From assembly GCA_002269645.1 (NCBI GenBank), contig NIVC01000629.1, positions 372,001-436,000 of the forward strand: 64,000 bases of DNA, given 5' to 3'. Source of the stretch: Macrostomum lignano. Its lineage: Eukaryota. A model generated the notes under the pieces. That model was not told where the DNA came from, ran no database searches, and was given only the letters and a program-made list of their open reading frames with translations. The stretch's first letter is position 1. Every line of letters starts with the position of its first letter. Position numbers and translations under genes: made by a program. Positions 1 to 13,394 of this stretch are shown in pieces.

Positions 1-699
1 AGTAATATTGACCACTGAATAACTAAGACTTAAAAGGCTATCAGGGACTTAAGCAGTAGAGATTATTAGACTTCTTAAACTTGAGGAATGTAAAATACTT
101 TTGATTTTCCTATTTTTCTGAAACTTTTGCCAGAGTCTTAAAAGGTATCCAAAATGATAATAAAGCAAAAAACTTCCAAAAATTACCTTTATAGGTAATA
201 CAAGCTCAAATTTTTAATCTTCTTTGTTATTAATGATAATTTGATACAAACAGTTTTGCAAAATTGTATCAAATTTGGAATTTGGAAAATGAACTTTTTT
301 AGAATCTTAACTTTTCAACTTTTATATTTTCAAAAATCTAATTAATTTTTTTTGAAACAAAATCTAAAGTATTTGAATATTAATTATAATAAACAGAGTG
401 TCCATTTTAGGTTTTATTTACTCAATTTGTTATAGAACAGCAATAGTGCCACATAAGTTTAGTGCTTTTGAAAAATGCTAATTACTGGTTTGACAATGGC
501 ACTTGCCCTTTGCCTCCTGCTTTTGATTTGCTGTCATTCTCTCATCATTGTGACTAAGAGAGCCCTCCCTAGCTATATATTCTTTATTTGTTAGGCACTA
601 GGCACAGGGCAAGGAGGGCACAGATACCTTTAAAAGCTGCTAATTAGGGACTAAATCAGAAAAAGCACTAAAAATTACCATATAGACTCATTTTCTGGG

Positions 700-1151
700 G
701 CATAGTCAGGAAAGTAGCCTTTGCCATGGAAAATTCCGGCACACACAAGGGGTCCTTGGCGAACTTAGTGCACAATCATGGTATACACTGAGGTCCCTGG
801 TGCATGCGACACACAATCATGGTGCACACAGAGGTCCCTAGCGCATGTGGCGCATAATTGCACTGATTGCAGTGCATGCGGCATATAATTGCAATGTATA
901 CGATGTATAAGGTCCTTGACATATGCGGTGCTGTGCACAACTTTGGTGCATAAAGAATTAGAATATAATCTTTATTAGCATAAAACTTGCGTAGCATATG
1001 GAGTCTGCATGAATTCTAAGAATATTGTAAATTTGTTGTAAAATACATAAAATAAGGGCATAGACATATCACACAGATGGCACATAGACAGCGCACAGAT
1101 CGTCCCAAAAAATTTATTCTAGCATACACTGTGCCACCTTCCTGACTATGC
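700..1151. mobile_element. Possible MITE bounded by a 19-bp imperfect inverted repeat
   Basis: gcatagtcaggaaagtagc (700-718) is the reverse complement of gccaccttcctgactatgc (1133-1151) with 2 mismatches. No coding capacity inside and no clear TSD. Confidence 0.35.
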
Positions 1152-2586
1152 TGGGGGGGGGGGGCACATGCCCCTGGTGCAGCAAGCTCCCGCTGCCCAT
1201 GCTTCTATAATACATAGCCTATATATGGGGCTAGGCAGTATGCCTAGTAGGTATCTATATTATCATGTAGTTTATAAAGCATCCAATAGGCAATAATAGG
1301 CATATTTTATTTAAAATGGAACTCTAGCTATCCAATAACAAGATAGCTAAGCTAAGAACCAGAATCCAGACCAAAGCATAAAAGTCAAAAGAGATACGAA
1401 GTAAGAATAACTTAAAATGTCTATTGGCCATTTTGGGTCTTGGGATTGGAATTTTGCCATATTTTGTTCCACTTCTACCTAACTGTTGTCAAGACTCAAA
1501 ATTGACGATGTAGAAATTAGAATTGATATTCATCCCTTGATTCCTAACCCTTGGCCTTAATGACATACTTATTAAGTGGGTTAGGCCCTACAAAATTAAT
1601 AAAAATTTGATAAACCTCAGAAAAAAATAAAAAGAAAGCGACATCACAAGACTTGAAATATTACAAAGGTAAGGTCATGTCATGCTGAGTCATGCGTGAC
1701 GCACAATTACTAATAGCAAAATGTAAAGGCTAGCGCTGTTGGTGGAATTGCTGTTATATTTTTCGTTATGACTAATAGATTATTGTTGTTGACACATGTT
1801 CGACGCAATCCTGGAATAAAGCTATTCAAATATAAAGTTGACGATTAACAAACTTTTTCGCAAGACTTCGCTATTCTTAGTTAATAATATTAAATATAAA
1901 AATTATATTTCCATTAAGTAACTCAAAATTATTTAATTGAAAAGCCTTGTTTGCTAATTGTTTAATGTTTGGAAATAATTCTGTTATAAAATTCGTGATA
2001 ACCCGAATTTCAGCTTTTTCATTAGCACGATATTGATGACTGTTGGACTGAAGTTGCCTGCTGAAGGGATGCCCAGTCGAAATACTGACATTTGGAAAGA
2101 AAAGGAAACTTTTGCATTTTAGCGACGACTGACTTTTATTCGTCATTCCGTATCCCGTATTGTATTATATCCCATGACCTTCAGGTGAAATGTCCCGGCC
2201 ATCGGGCAAAATGCAGTCTTTTACACGTAACCTATCTCAGTTAGACTGCTAGTAGCCCCCCAGTTTCTCTCAGAAAGAAGTGCGTCACACGGACTGATAT
2301 GTTGGCTCGTCCTGGGCCCATCACTAATTTTGCGCACCAGCTCCCCCTTCTTTCCCTGTGATTCCTGCGCCCCATGACTCATGTTTATCGCCCACCCCAC
2401 TTCCCGGTGCACAAACCCCCCCTCCTTTCTGTTGTTTTGAATTATTCATGCGTGTGACAGTTTTTTATGGCTCCAATCTCCCTAAGCTTTTTCCTGCCTG
2501 CTACGTATCCTCCATCATAAATATTTTTCTCCGCTGCGCCGAACCCCAACCCCGTTTTATCGTCTAATCACAGCACGGCTGACGGG

Positions 2587-2613
2587 TGACGTCATCCAGG
2601 GTTGCTTGGTAAC
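2587..2613. promoter_or_regulatory. CRE palindrome plus RFX X-box-like motif
   Basis: TGACGTCA at 2587-2594 and GTTGCT-T-GGTAAC at 2601-2613 (RFX half-sites with 1-bp spacer). A CACGTG E-box lies about 45 bp downstream. No linked gene identified. Confidence 0.3.
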
Positions 2614-4777
2614 GAAGGTCAAGGACAAGTCACGGCCTTCAATATCCCGCATCACGCTCACGTGATCGCATTGCGCGTGATCTCGGGGCTATGAAGACTG
2701 TTTTGAGCCCCTAGCGGCTACCATTTTATCGTTTTCCGTCCTGTAACAACTGTTTCCGTCCAATTCCCCTTCCGTTTCCTTACTAATCCTTCAGAGCTGT
2801 AACGACCGTTCGGAGCCCTTTCTCCCTTTTTGGTGCCAAGTTGTAGCCACCGCTCTGAACTGTAACTTCCGGTGGATTAACTTTTGACTGATCGTCTGTG
2901 ACTGCAGCCACCACCGTGACTATCCGACCACCACTGTGCCAAGCAGCCCTGCCCGCGTCTAGAAATGGTCCGCGAATTATGGTATTTCTTTCTCTGTTGC
3001 GCTGTCTTTGAGTATAAATCAGCTAGCCCGGTCTCCCTCCCCCATTGCTCATCATCTAACAGTTCAATCCAAACTTATAAATTCCGTATTAATAATCAAC
3101 CGAGCGGTTAAGGCCAAGTTCAGGGCCAATTATTCAGAGCATTCAACTCATTTTCTTCTGTCTGTTTGCTCATTAATTTACTATGAGACGTGGTATGAAA
3201 TGTGAGTAGTGAGTGCGCCTGTCACAGGGCATACAATAGAAGCTGAGGATATCAGAGTGGAAGATCACCGAGTATGAGCCGAATCTAACCAAATAATCAT
3301 GGCAGTAACAATACTTCTAAATAAGTCGCCGTAGGATGTACATCACGAGAGAGCCCTGGGACCCGCACTTCCCCATCCCCTGCCGCATCGAACCCATCTA
3401 GGAGGAAAGAAATTAAAATGGCGTTTACCTATTATCAACCCTTGGGGTCCTGGGGCTTATGAGGACATTGTAGTCTAAAACCACTCACCAGCTAAAAGAT
3501 CCCCCTATGCAAAAGTCCTCGTTTTCAGCACTGACTAGACTGTTCTTGTAAGCCTCGCATTCAGTCCCTTAATCGGTCATTTCTAGTACAGCTGGGGTCA
3601 AGAACCTTTGTCTGTTACAGACCGGGGGGTCCCGTCTCCTTAGTAGGAGTTTTTACCGCGGGTGTACTCCTGCACAGGGGACTGGTGACGGCCGCGCCTC
3701 TGGCGTAAACCTTGAAACAACTCTGGCCCGCTGTCTAAATGGGATCTTGGCCGCAACGTCACCTACCGCACCATCCAGAGGCGGACAAAGTCTAGGGGAC
3801 GAAGCCTGGTGGTTGTACCTTTCAGCGCCAGAGCCCAGGGATTTACGCAAAGGTGTTTTCATGCAGCCCGAGTTACGTCACTACTTATAAGTAGTCCGTG
3901 AAATGCATGGGCTAATTAAACTTTGAGACGTTGCCTCATCAATATTTTTGCCCATAACTACCCTCCCTCATATCTGCAGAACCCTAAGGATGCGCCAATA
4001 CAACTGTACATGTACATCTGGCCAAAGACTGGTTGGAAAATATATGATAACCCACGGATGCCGACCGTCTCAGCTTCATACTTTCATGTATTTGTGCTCC
4101 GACCTATCAGAGTTCCCGCTGACAGTATCCAATTTGTTTCAGCTTATGCATCTGTAAGTAAGCTGCAATTAATACAATATAAACGTTCTTTCCTTGTTTC
4201 TGCATAACTCAGGTGTTGTACATGTATCTGTAATCTTGACAATCCTTGATCCAAGAACTTTTATCTAGTAAAATGCTTGTTGATGCATTTTCTGGCGGTT
4301 GATGGACAAGGAATATCGCCTGCTTCAGGATACGCGTAATTAGGCGTGAGCATGAAAACTGTTCGTCTGACGAGTATGAACGTATGATTAAAAATGTGCC
4401 CTTGAATCAAAGAAAGCAGGCAAAACAGGTGCGCATGCAGGCTTTACGTCAAACCTGTCCTAATAGTAGCGCAGCGGACTAAATTTAAAATAATGCTCAG
4501 AAATGTCAAGCATAGCGATCATCCTTTGTGCCTGTAGTTTGCACAATGTCTGCATTTTTATTTCTGGAATGACACGGATCATGGGCCATGTTGAAAGCCA
4601 AACAAAAATAACTCTGACTTTCCTATGTGCCAATGCTTGAACAGTAGAATATCCAAGCTGATTGTCAGCAAAAAATAGCTGAATAGCTTGGCTGGAGAAG
4701 TTCTAAATTTAATGCGTCTACAGAAATATTCACGTCAACAATGTGCGCAGGGTTCTTCTGCCGCTCTGGCGTTCCGT

Positions 4778-5134
4778 TGTGCAACGCGAGACCTGGACCC
4801 TGACAGCAGGTCGATGCAGCGCACGCTGGCCTGCTTCGCGCCGCCTTCAAGATCAGTTACAAAGCGGCACTCTATCGCCGCACCGGACTGTCGCGTCCCA
4901 GCGAACTGTTGCGCCGTCGGGGACTCCAGCCATGGCAAGCCTCATCATCCAAGCCGAGTTCTACTGCCTGAAGCCGGTGCAGGAGGTGCTGTTGCTGACG
5001 TGCAGGCACCCTACCGTCGGGGACAGGCGCGCACTCGGCGATTCGTCGACTGCCTGCTGGCTGACGCCGGCGCCCCGGACACTGTCGGCGGTGCGGCCTA
5101 CGTTCGCTCCCAGGTTCTGAAATGCGCCCTGTGA
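4778..5134 (+). mobile_element. RTE-like non-LTR retrotransposon, frameshifted 3' end of ORF
   Basis: Pieces across frames read ETWTLT...LLRAAF...AEFYCLKPVQEVLLLT...PYRRGQARTRRFVDCLLADAGAPDT. The ETWTL segment matches the post-RT region of the copy at 29070-29765 and the RTE-clade LLYxxETW motif. Confidence 0.75.
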
Positions 5135-5194
5135 CGATGTCTGTGCCTCTCTTGACTCGCTTGACTGGCTGACAAACGACAACGTATTTAGATA

Positions 5195-5491
5195 GGGTTG
5201 TAGCCTAATGGTTAGAGCGGCGGACTCACGACTGAAAGGTCGGGGGTTCAATTATTGACCCACTCAAAACAATTTGCGTCCGTATCAACTCTGCATTGCT
5301 TCAGTTCACCCAGCTGTAAAATGAGTGCCAGCATTAGCTGGGGTAATTGAGGGTGTGTGTGGCGCCCCCAGTCCTTGGACTGAACAGCCGTACGCAGCCT
5401 TCAGATGCAATAGCTGCGGCTGAGCTGTCGGTTGCACATCTGTCTATTGGAGCAGGTGTAATCAATCATTATTATTTATTATTTATATATG
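5195..5491 (+). mobile_element. tRNA-derived SINE
   Basis: Head gggttgTAGCCTAATGGttagagcggcggactcacgactgaaaggtcgggGGTTCAAT carries Pol III A- and B-box-like motifs. The body contains ttgcttcagttcacccagctgtaaaatgagt (CORE/Meta-like) and ends in an (ATT/TTA)-rich tail at ~5465-5491. Confidence 0.7.
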
Positions 5492-5992
5492 AGTCAAGCC
5501 AATAGTACTACTATATAAAGAGAGTGTTTATAGGAGAAGGATGGTCCCAAATCATTTTCGGTGACGGCAATGCTGTTCGCGCACAAAGTGACAAAAAGCC
5601 CCAGTCACACAAGGACTGCATCACAGCTGAGTGGCCGCGCACAGCTGACAAGAAAGTTTAATTCAAACAGAGCGGCATAAAGGAATACGAGCTAAAAGTC
5701 GGGCAAAGCCTCGCCGCTCGTTTGAACACACGTCAGAGCGTTTCCGCTTGACTTGTTGACTTTTAGGATCTACCGGTAATTTCCGGTTGGCTGCAAATCT
5801 CTGACACTCCCGCTTTGTTCAATTTTGCTTTCCATCGTGACCCCCCCCCGAGAGCGCCAGAAATGTCTGGCGTAGCCAGTTTAATCAAGCTGCAGTTCGT
5901 TCCCTGAATCCTTTCTACCCAGTGTACATTTTTAAATAATACGCTCGAGACAGGAGCAATTGAAATTGCACCGGCACTTTGCCTGCTTGCCG

Positions 5993-6230
5993 ACTTTTCG
6001 AGCTGACGAGAGCCCCGGGACCGAGTGCATCGGCGGCGGCTCCTGCCCCCGGCCTCTACAGGACGTCCTGCTGTTGACTTTGCAGGGCCCAGCTAGGCGG
6101 GGCCAGGCCAGAACCCGTCGTTACGTGGACTGCCAGCTGTGCGACTCCGGGGCGCCCGACACAGCTGGCGGGGGCGGACTTTGTCATCTGATGCACCCTG
6201 ACCGCTTGACTTTACTGGGCTGCGTCTTTT

Positions 6231-6325
<95 letters not shown>
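5993..6325 (+). mobile_element. RTE-like LINE 3' end with expanded (GTT)n tail
   Basis: Translates FRADESPGTE...CPRPLQDVLLLTLQGPARRGQARTRRYVDCQLCDSGAPDT, homologous to 4778-5134 and 27916-28142, followed by a short 3' UTR and the microsatellite. Confidence 0.75.
6232..6325. repeat. (TTG)n microsatellite, ~31 units
   Basis: Read directly from the sequence; source of the poly-Cys/poly-Thr ORFs. Confidence 0.97.
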
Positions 6326-7546
6326 AAATCCATATGCTTTCTCATCTCCTTTCTTTACCCATACAATTCGTCCATCATTTTGTACATAGTTTTTATACGA
6401 GAACATTTTTTACTTTACCTTCAATATCAGTGCATGGCTTTTAAATCGCTAATCTCTTCCTGGATTTGAGACTTATGCTGCGCAGTGATCCAGGCAAATT
6501 TCCGGTTCCATTTAAATTTTTGTCAGAGTCTGATGAATTAGCGAATGCTGAAAGGTTAAACGAGGCCATTTAATTGATTAAATTCAATTCAGTTTCTTTC
6601 AATGTCATACCAAGGTCAACCGAGAAGGACAAACCGAGTGAAAGACCTACCGTGACTAGGATCTTCCAAAGCACTTCAGAGACCCCCGAGGGATACCAAA
6701 TCCGAATGCGAAGTCAAAGGCAAATAAGTTCCCATAAAATTGCTACATCGATGCTCAGCCAACACACTCGCAAATTGTCAGATTTTTAAGGAGACCGATT
6801 TTGGCAGCAATAAATTGCCCCTTTTACAGAATGCAAACTGTAGGATAAAAGTGGCAAACTTATTATCTATGGCTACTGCAGTTTGTTGCCTCAGACTCCT
6901 TAGAGACACCCATGATGCGTACAAAAAAGGAAGACATTCGAATAAGCTTTAGAGTGTACCTTCTTTTTGATGGCACGTAAAATTAGTATTTTTTACTGTT
7001 TAACAGTCTCACAATATAGACAACGCTGTAAGGCTTAACTAAAAGGAACTCGTTAGTTTTGGCAATTGGGTGGTCGATAACTACGACAGTTTTCACCCGT
7101 CTGTGGTACCGACTCAATTCTCAAAAGCTTAGGACAGGCCAGATCTCAGCATTCTCTCCTTGAGCACTGATTGGCTGCTTGTTCAGGCATGAGGAATTAC
7201 AACCTTAAAGGAAGCAACTTTGACTCCTGCGCCATTGCACATGCGACGGAAGAGTCATAAGCTTGGCGAGAATAACAACTGAAGAGACTTTTCGTCACAA
7301 CTTGCAGGATTTGCGCTAATCTTGACTTGACGCACGTAAGCTTTTTGCCGATTATATTTCCTATAATTTACTGCGAATACTGCAGAGTAAAGCACTTCAG
7401 TAACAATGACATTGACGGTATGAGAAACTCAGTTGCGGGCTACAGATCGAGAGAAATAGGAAAAATGGTGCATTTTTGGCCGACAGGACAATCGGAATCG
7501 TGAACAGGTGCGTCCGATGTTTTCTACTCAAATGAAGGGCGGCTTC

Positions 7547-9255
7547 AACAGCTAGCAGAGAGCTGGCACTGCCAATTCAGCAACAGGAGACACAGCAGCT
7601 AGCAGAGAGCTGGCACTGCCAATTCAGCAGCAGGAGACACAGCAGCTAGCAGAGAGCTGGCACTGCCAATTCAGCAGCAGGAGACACAGCAGCTAGCAGA
7701 GAGCTGGCACTGCCAATTCAGCAGCAGGAGACACAGCAGCTAGCAGAGAGCTGGCACTGCCAATTCAGCAGCAGGAGACACAGCAGCTAGCAGAGAGCTG
7801 GCACTGCCAATTCAGCAGCAGGAGACACAGCAGCTAGCAGAGAGCTGGCACTGCCAATTCAGCAGCAGGAGACACAGCAGCTAGCAGAGAGCTGGCACTG
7901 CCAATTCAGCAGCAGGAGACACAGCAGCTAGCAGAGAGCTGGCACTGCCAATTCAGCAACAGGAGACACAGCAGCTAGCAGAGAGCTGGCACTGCCAATT
8001 CAGCAGCAGGAGACACAGCAGCTAGCAGAGAGCTGGCACTGCCAATTCAGCAGCAGGAGACACAGCAGCTAGCAGAGAGCTGGCACTGCCAATTCAGCAG
8101 CAGGAGACACAGCAGCTAGCAGAGAGCTGGCACTGCCAATTCAGCAGCAGGAGACACAGCAGCTAGCAGAGAGCTGGCACTGCCAATTCAGCAGCAGGAG
8201 ACACAGCAGCTAGCAGAGAGCTGGCACTGCCAATTCAGCAACAGGAGACACAGCAGCTAGCAGAGAGCTGGCACTGCCAATTCAGCAGCAGGAGACACAG
8301 CAGCTAGCAGAGAGCTGGCACTGCCAATTCAGCAGCAGGAGACACAGCAGCTAGCAGAGAGCTGGCACTGCCAATTCAGCAGCAGGAGACACAGCAGCTA
8401 GCAGAGAGCTGGCACTGCCAATTCAGCAGCAGGAGACACAGCAGCTAGCAGAGAGCTGGCACTGCCAATTCAGCAGCAGGAGACACAGCAGCTAGCAGAG
8501 AGCTGGCACTGCCAATTCAGCAGCAGGAGACACAGCAGCTAGCAGAGAGCTGGCACTGCCAATTCAGCAACAGGAGACACAGCAGCTAGCAGAGAGCTGG
8601 CACTGCCAATTCAGCAGCAGGAGACACAGCAGCTAGCAGAGAGCTGGCACTGCCAATTCAGCAGCAGGAGACACAGCAGCTAGCAGAGAGCTGGCACTGC
8701 CAATTCAGCAGCAGGAGACACAGCAGCTAGCAGAGAGCTGGCACTGCCAATTCAGCAGCAGGAGACACAGCAGCTAGCAGAGAGCTGGCACTGCCAATTC
8801 AGCAGCAGGAGACACAGCAGCTAGCAGAGAGCTGGCACTGCCAATTCAGCAGCAGGAGACACAGCAGCTAGCAGAGAGCTGGCACTGCCAATTCAGCAGC
8901 AGGAGACACAGCAGCTAGCAGAGAGCTGGCACTGCCAATTCAGCAGCAGGAGACACAGCAGCTAGCAGAGAGCTGGCACTGCCAATTCAGCAGCAGGAGA
9001 CACAGCAGCTAGCAGAGAGCTGGCACTGCCAATTCAGCAGCAGGAGACACAGCAGCTAGCAGAGAGCTGGCACTGCCAATTCAGCAACAGGAGACACAAC
9101 AGCTAGCAGAGAGCTGGCACTGCCAATTCAGCAACAGGAGACACAGCAGCTAGCAGAGAGCTGGCACTGCCAATTCAGCAGCAGGAGACACAGCAGCTAG
9201 CAGAGAGCTGGCACTGCCAATTCAGCAGCAGGAGACACAGCAGCTAGCAGAGAGC
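7547..9255. repeat. 47-bp minisatellite, ~36 near-identical copies
   Basis: Unit agctggcactgccaattcagcagcaggagacacagcagctagcagag, with occasional cagcaAcag variants. Confidence 0.97.
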
Positions 9256-9670
9256 AGGCACAACTCTATCACGCGATCTAGAACCGAACCCTCAAATTCC
9301 GATCTGCATAGCGAGTTCGCTAGGCAAAAGTGCATCTCATTAAAAATGGCCCGCGGTTGCCTCTTTTGCTCTCTCGATAGAGCTCAGTCGCGGATGTCAG
9401 GCGTCTGACACACAATTAATCAGGCGTCGTCTTTGGAATTTTTCCCGCGATTTGGGCAAACTAAAATGCGTGCATTTTTTGTTTTTCTCTCTCGACAGCT
9501 ACAGCGAATGGAGCGATAGTCCGGTCTTAGGTTGACTCTCAGCGTCTTTTGCCTTGGCTAGCTGGAGGTCTCATTCAATTTAGTTTATTAGGCAATTTGA
9601 TTTGCCTGCGTTTCCTACCCGTGCCATTCTGCGGTAAAACTGGGGCGCCGAGCTGGCGTCATGCCAATAC

Positions 9671-10856
9671 ATTAGATTAGGACTCACTCATTAGATTAGG
9701 ACTCGACTCACTCATTAGATTAGGACTCACTCATCAGATTAGGACTCACTCATTAGATTAGGACTCACTCATTAGATTAGGACTCACTCATTAGATTAGG
9801 ACTCACTCATTAGATTAGGACTCACTCATTAGATTAGGACTCACTCATTAGATTAGGACTCACTCATTAGATTAGGACTCACTCATTAGATTAGGATTCA
9901 CTCATTAGATTAGGACTCACTCATTAGATGTAGATTAGGACTCACTCATTAGATTAGGACTCACTCATTAGATTAGGACTCACTCATTAGATTATGACTC
10001 ACTCATTAGATTAGGACTCACTCATTAGATTAGGACTCACTCATTAGATGTAGATTAGGACTCACTCATTAGATTAGGACTCACTCATTAGATGTAGATT
10101 AGGACTCACTCATTAGATGTAGATTAGGACTCGCTCATTAGATGTAGATTGGGACTCACTCATTAGATTAGGACTCACTCATTAGATTAGGACTCACTCA
10201 TTAGATGTAGATTAGGACTCGCTCATTAGATGTAGATTGGGACTCACTCATTAGATTAGGACTCACTCATTAGATTAGGACTCACTCATTAGATTAGGAC
10301 TCACTCATTAGATTAGGACTCACTCATCAGATTAGGACTCACTCATTAGATTAGGACTCACTCATTAGATTAGGACTCACTCATTAGATTAGGACTCACT
10401 CATTAGATTAGGACTCACTCATTAGATTAGGACTCACTCATTAGATTAGGACTCACTCATTAGTTTAGGACTCACTCATTAGATTAGGACTCACTCATTA
10501 GATGTAGATTAGGACTCGCTCATTAGATGTAGATTAGGACTCACTCATTAGATTAGGACTCACTCATTAGTTTAGGACTCACTCATTAGATTAGGACTCA
10601 CTCATTACATGTAGATTAGGACTCACTCATTAGATTAGGACTCACTCATTAGTTTAGGACTCACTCATTAGATTAGGACTCACTCATTAGATTAGGACTC
10701 ACTCATTAGTTTAGGACTCACTCATTAGATTAGGACTCACTCATTAGATTAGGACTCACTCATTAGATTAGGACTCACTCATTAGATTAGGACTCACTCA
10801 TTAGATTAGTACTCACTCATTAGATTAGGACTCACTCATTAGATTAGGACTCACTT
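9671..10856. repeat. 19-bp minisatellite with length variants, ~60 copies
   Basis: Unit attagattaggactcactc; variants insert gatgta or drop bases. Confidence 0.96.
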
Positions 10857-11419
10857 TCTACATTAATACTCACTAATTATTAAATCAGGTAATTTTCCAT
10901 TAAGACAAGCATGCATGTAGATGTTAGAACTACAGAAGTCCTTAGTGAATGTCATTTCTGAAGGATGGCGCCCCCCCCCCGACTCTGCCTGTCCGCTCAG
11001 CCAGACTCCCATTCCGTCATAATCCAGACCAGCCTCATCAATAATGCAGATGGCAAGATGGATCCACAACGTCTCAGCACAGGAAGACGCCGACCCACCC
11101 GAATCGGTCGCACCTTCTTCCTGGCTGTTCTAAATATGAAAACTTTTTTCGGCGCCTTAAAGCAGCGAATTTCTTGGCCTGGTCTGGGGTGATCTGACCC
11201 GGTCCCATTTCCTGTCAGAAAAAGCCAGAAATATTTCAGGGATACTAGAGAGAAGTCGGCAGAGAAGGAAAGAAGGAAATGAGAATGTTTTAGATGAAGT
11301 TTGGAATAGATTTGAGAAACTTGGTCTAAAAACATGACCAGATAAGAGAGAGAAGACCGCAGCCGGGAAGAGAATGGAGAGAATGATAGAAGAAGGGAGA
11401 TAGAGGGAGAGGGAGAGGT

Positions 11420-12527
11420 AGAGGCAGAGATGGAGAGAGGGACAGAGGGGGAGAGGAACAGAGGGGGGAGAGGGACAGATGGACAGAGAGGGAGAGGAAC
11501 AGAGGGGAGGGACAGAGGGGGAGAAGGGGAGAGGAACAGAAGGGGAGAGGGACAGAGGGACAGAGGGGGAGAGGAACAGAGGGGGAGAGGGACAGAAGGA
11601 CAGAGGAACAGAAGGGGAGAGGGACAGAGGGGGAGAGGGACAGAAGGACAGAGGGGGAGAGGGACAGAGGGGGAGAGGAACAGAGGGGGAGAGGGACAGA
11701 GGGGGAGAGGGGGAGAGGAACAGAAGGACAGAGGAACAGAAGGGGAGAGGAACAGAGGGGGGAGAGGGACAGATGGACAGAGAGGGAGAGGAACAGAAGG
11801 ACAGAGGAACAGAAGGGGAGAGGAACAGAGGGGGGAGAGGGACAGATGGACAGAGAGGGAGAGGAACAGAGGGGAGGGACAGAGGGGGGGAAGGGGAGAG
11901 GAACAGAAGGGGAGAGGGACAGAGGGACAGAGGGGGAGAGGAACAGAGGGGGAGAGGGACAGAAGGACAGAGGAACAGAAGGGGAGAGGGACAGAGGGGG
12001 AGAGGGACAGAAGGACAGAGGAACAGAAGGGGAGAGAGACAGAGGGACAGAGGGGGAGAGGGACAGAGGGGGAGAGGAACAGAGGGGGAGAGGGACAGAG
12101 GGGGAGAGGAACAGAGGGGGAGAGGGACAGAGGGGGAGATGAACAGAGGGGGAGAGGGACAGAGGGACAGAGGGGAGAGGGACAGAAGGACAGAGGAACA
12201 GAAGGGGAGAGGGGCAGAGGGGAGGGACAGAGGGGGAGAGGGACAGAGGGGGGAGAGGGACAGAGGGGGAGAGGGACAGAGGGGGAGAGGGACAGAGGGG
12301 GGGAGGGACAGAGGGGGAGAGGGACAGAGGGGGAGAGGGACAGAGGGGGAGAGGGACAGAGGGGAGAGGGACAGAGGGGGGGAGGGACAGAGGGGGAGAG
12401 GGACAGAGGGGGAGAGGGACAGAGGGGGGAGGGACAGAGGGGGAGAGGGACAGAGGGGGGAGGGACAGAGGGGGAGAGGGACAGAGGGGGGGGAGGGACA
12501 GAGGGGGAGAGGGACAGAGGGACAGAA
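11420..12527. repeat. Purine-rich degenerate ~16-bp repeat (gggacagagggggaga)
   Basis: Read directly; produces the long spurious RGTEGE/PLCPS ORFs. Confidence 0.93.
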
Positions 12528-13394
12528 GGTCGCAAACAGTTATAATAGTTTGCAAATTAAGAATTTTATCAGCCGTAAACTCACTGCTGAGTACAAATGC
12601 AGTCAGGGTTGAGTCGGCATCCGTTAGGTTTCGTAAACAATTTCCAATACCTACAGGGGGAGAAGGGAGGGTGAGAGAATGGTAGACAAGAGTATGGAAG
12701 CAGGATACGGTTAAAGGAACCGGGAGAAGAGGTGACGAGTGAAGAGGGGTTGTGTTGATGAGAATGGGGGGAAGGTATTCAGCGCGAGACAATGAAATGA
12801 ACAATTAAATCCTAGATTACTATATAGGAAAGACTAGATGTGAGTTAGTGGATAGCGTCCTGGTAATCTAATTGAAATTGTGGACTTGAAAATAGGGATA
12901 GAGGTAAAAAAGAAGGATTAGGAAGAATGCTGGGAAATCGTGGAGAGTAGCTCTTAAAATAAACGTCGGCTGCAACTAAAAGAACTATTAGGAGGCATTG
13001 TCTGCCAACTGTTTTCCAAAAGCATATCGAGCTGATGCCGTGGCTGCTGATACTGAATTTCAACTGCTCAAAAAAGTCAGGAATGTAAAAAGTTGATTTC
13101 CAATGCAACAGTGAAGCCAGCTATTTATTCATTGCTTCACCCCAACCTAATTAATGCCTGTGTTTCCATTTGCATTTCTGCTTTAGTGACGAAGATAGCA
13201 GTTTAAACAGTGCATCGTTACTCGCCTGAACCTAATTGTTTAAGTAACTGTTTACGAGCATAGCGGGCTGTAGATTGGACTTTAGATTAAACTAGATAAA
13301 TTTTAGGGATGACTTTTATGTAATAAGTGGCTCATTCTCATTTAATAGGATTAATTTAATTCACGCGCTTCACATTCCCATCATCCGGCAGGCC

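Noticed and set aside
7547-9255. CRISPR-like appearance of regular arrays (also 21218-22033 and 56032-57072)
   Set aside because: Head-to-tail units with no unique spacers, no cas genes, and a eukaryotic context.
9671-10856. TTAGG inside the 19-bp unit as telomeric DNA
   Set aside because: A single pentamer embedded in a longer unit, not a tandem telomere tract.
10997-12804. Long 370-510 aa ORFs (PLCPS / RGTEGE repeats)
   Set aside because: Translations of a purine/pyrimidine simple repeat, open on both strands with no domain content.
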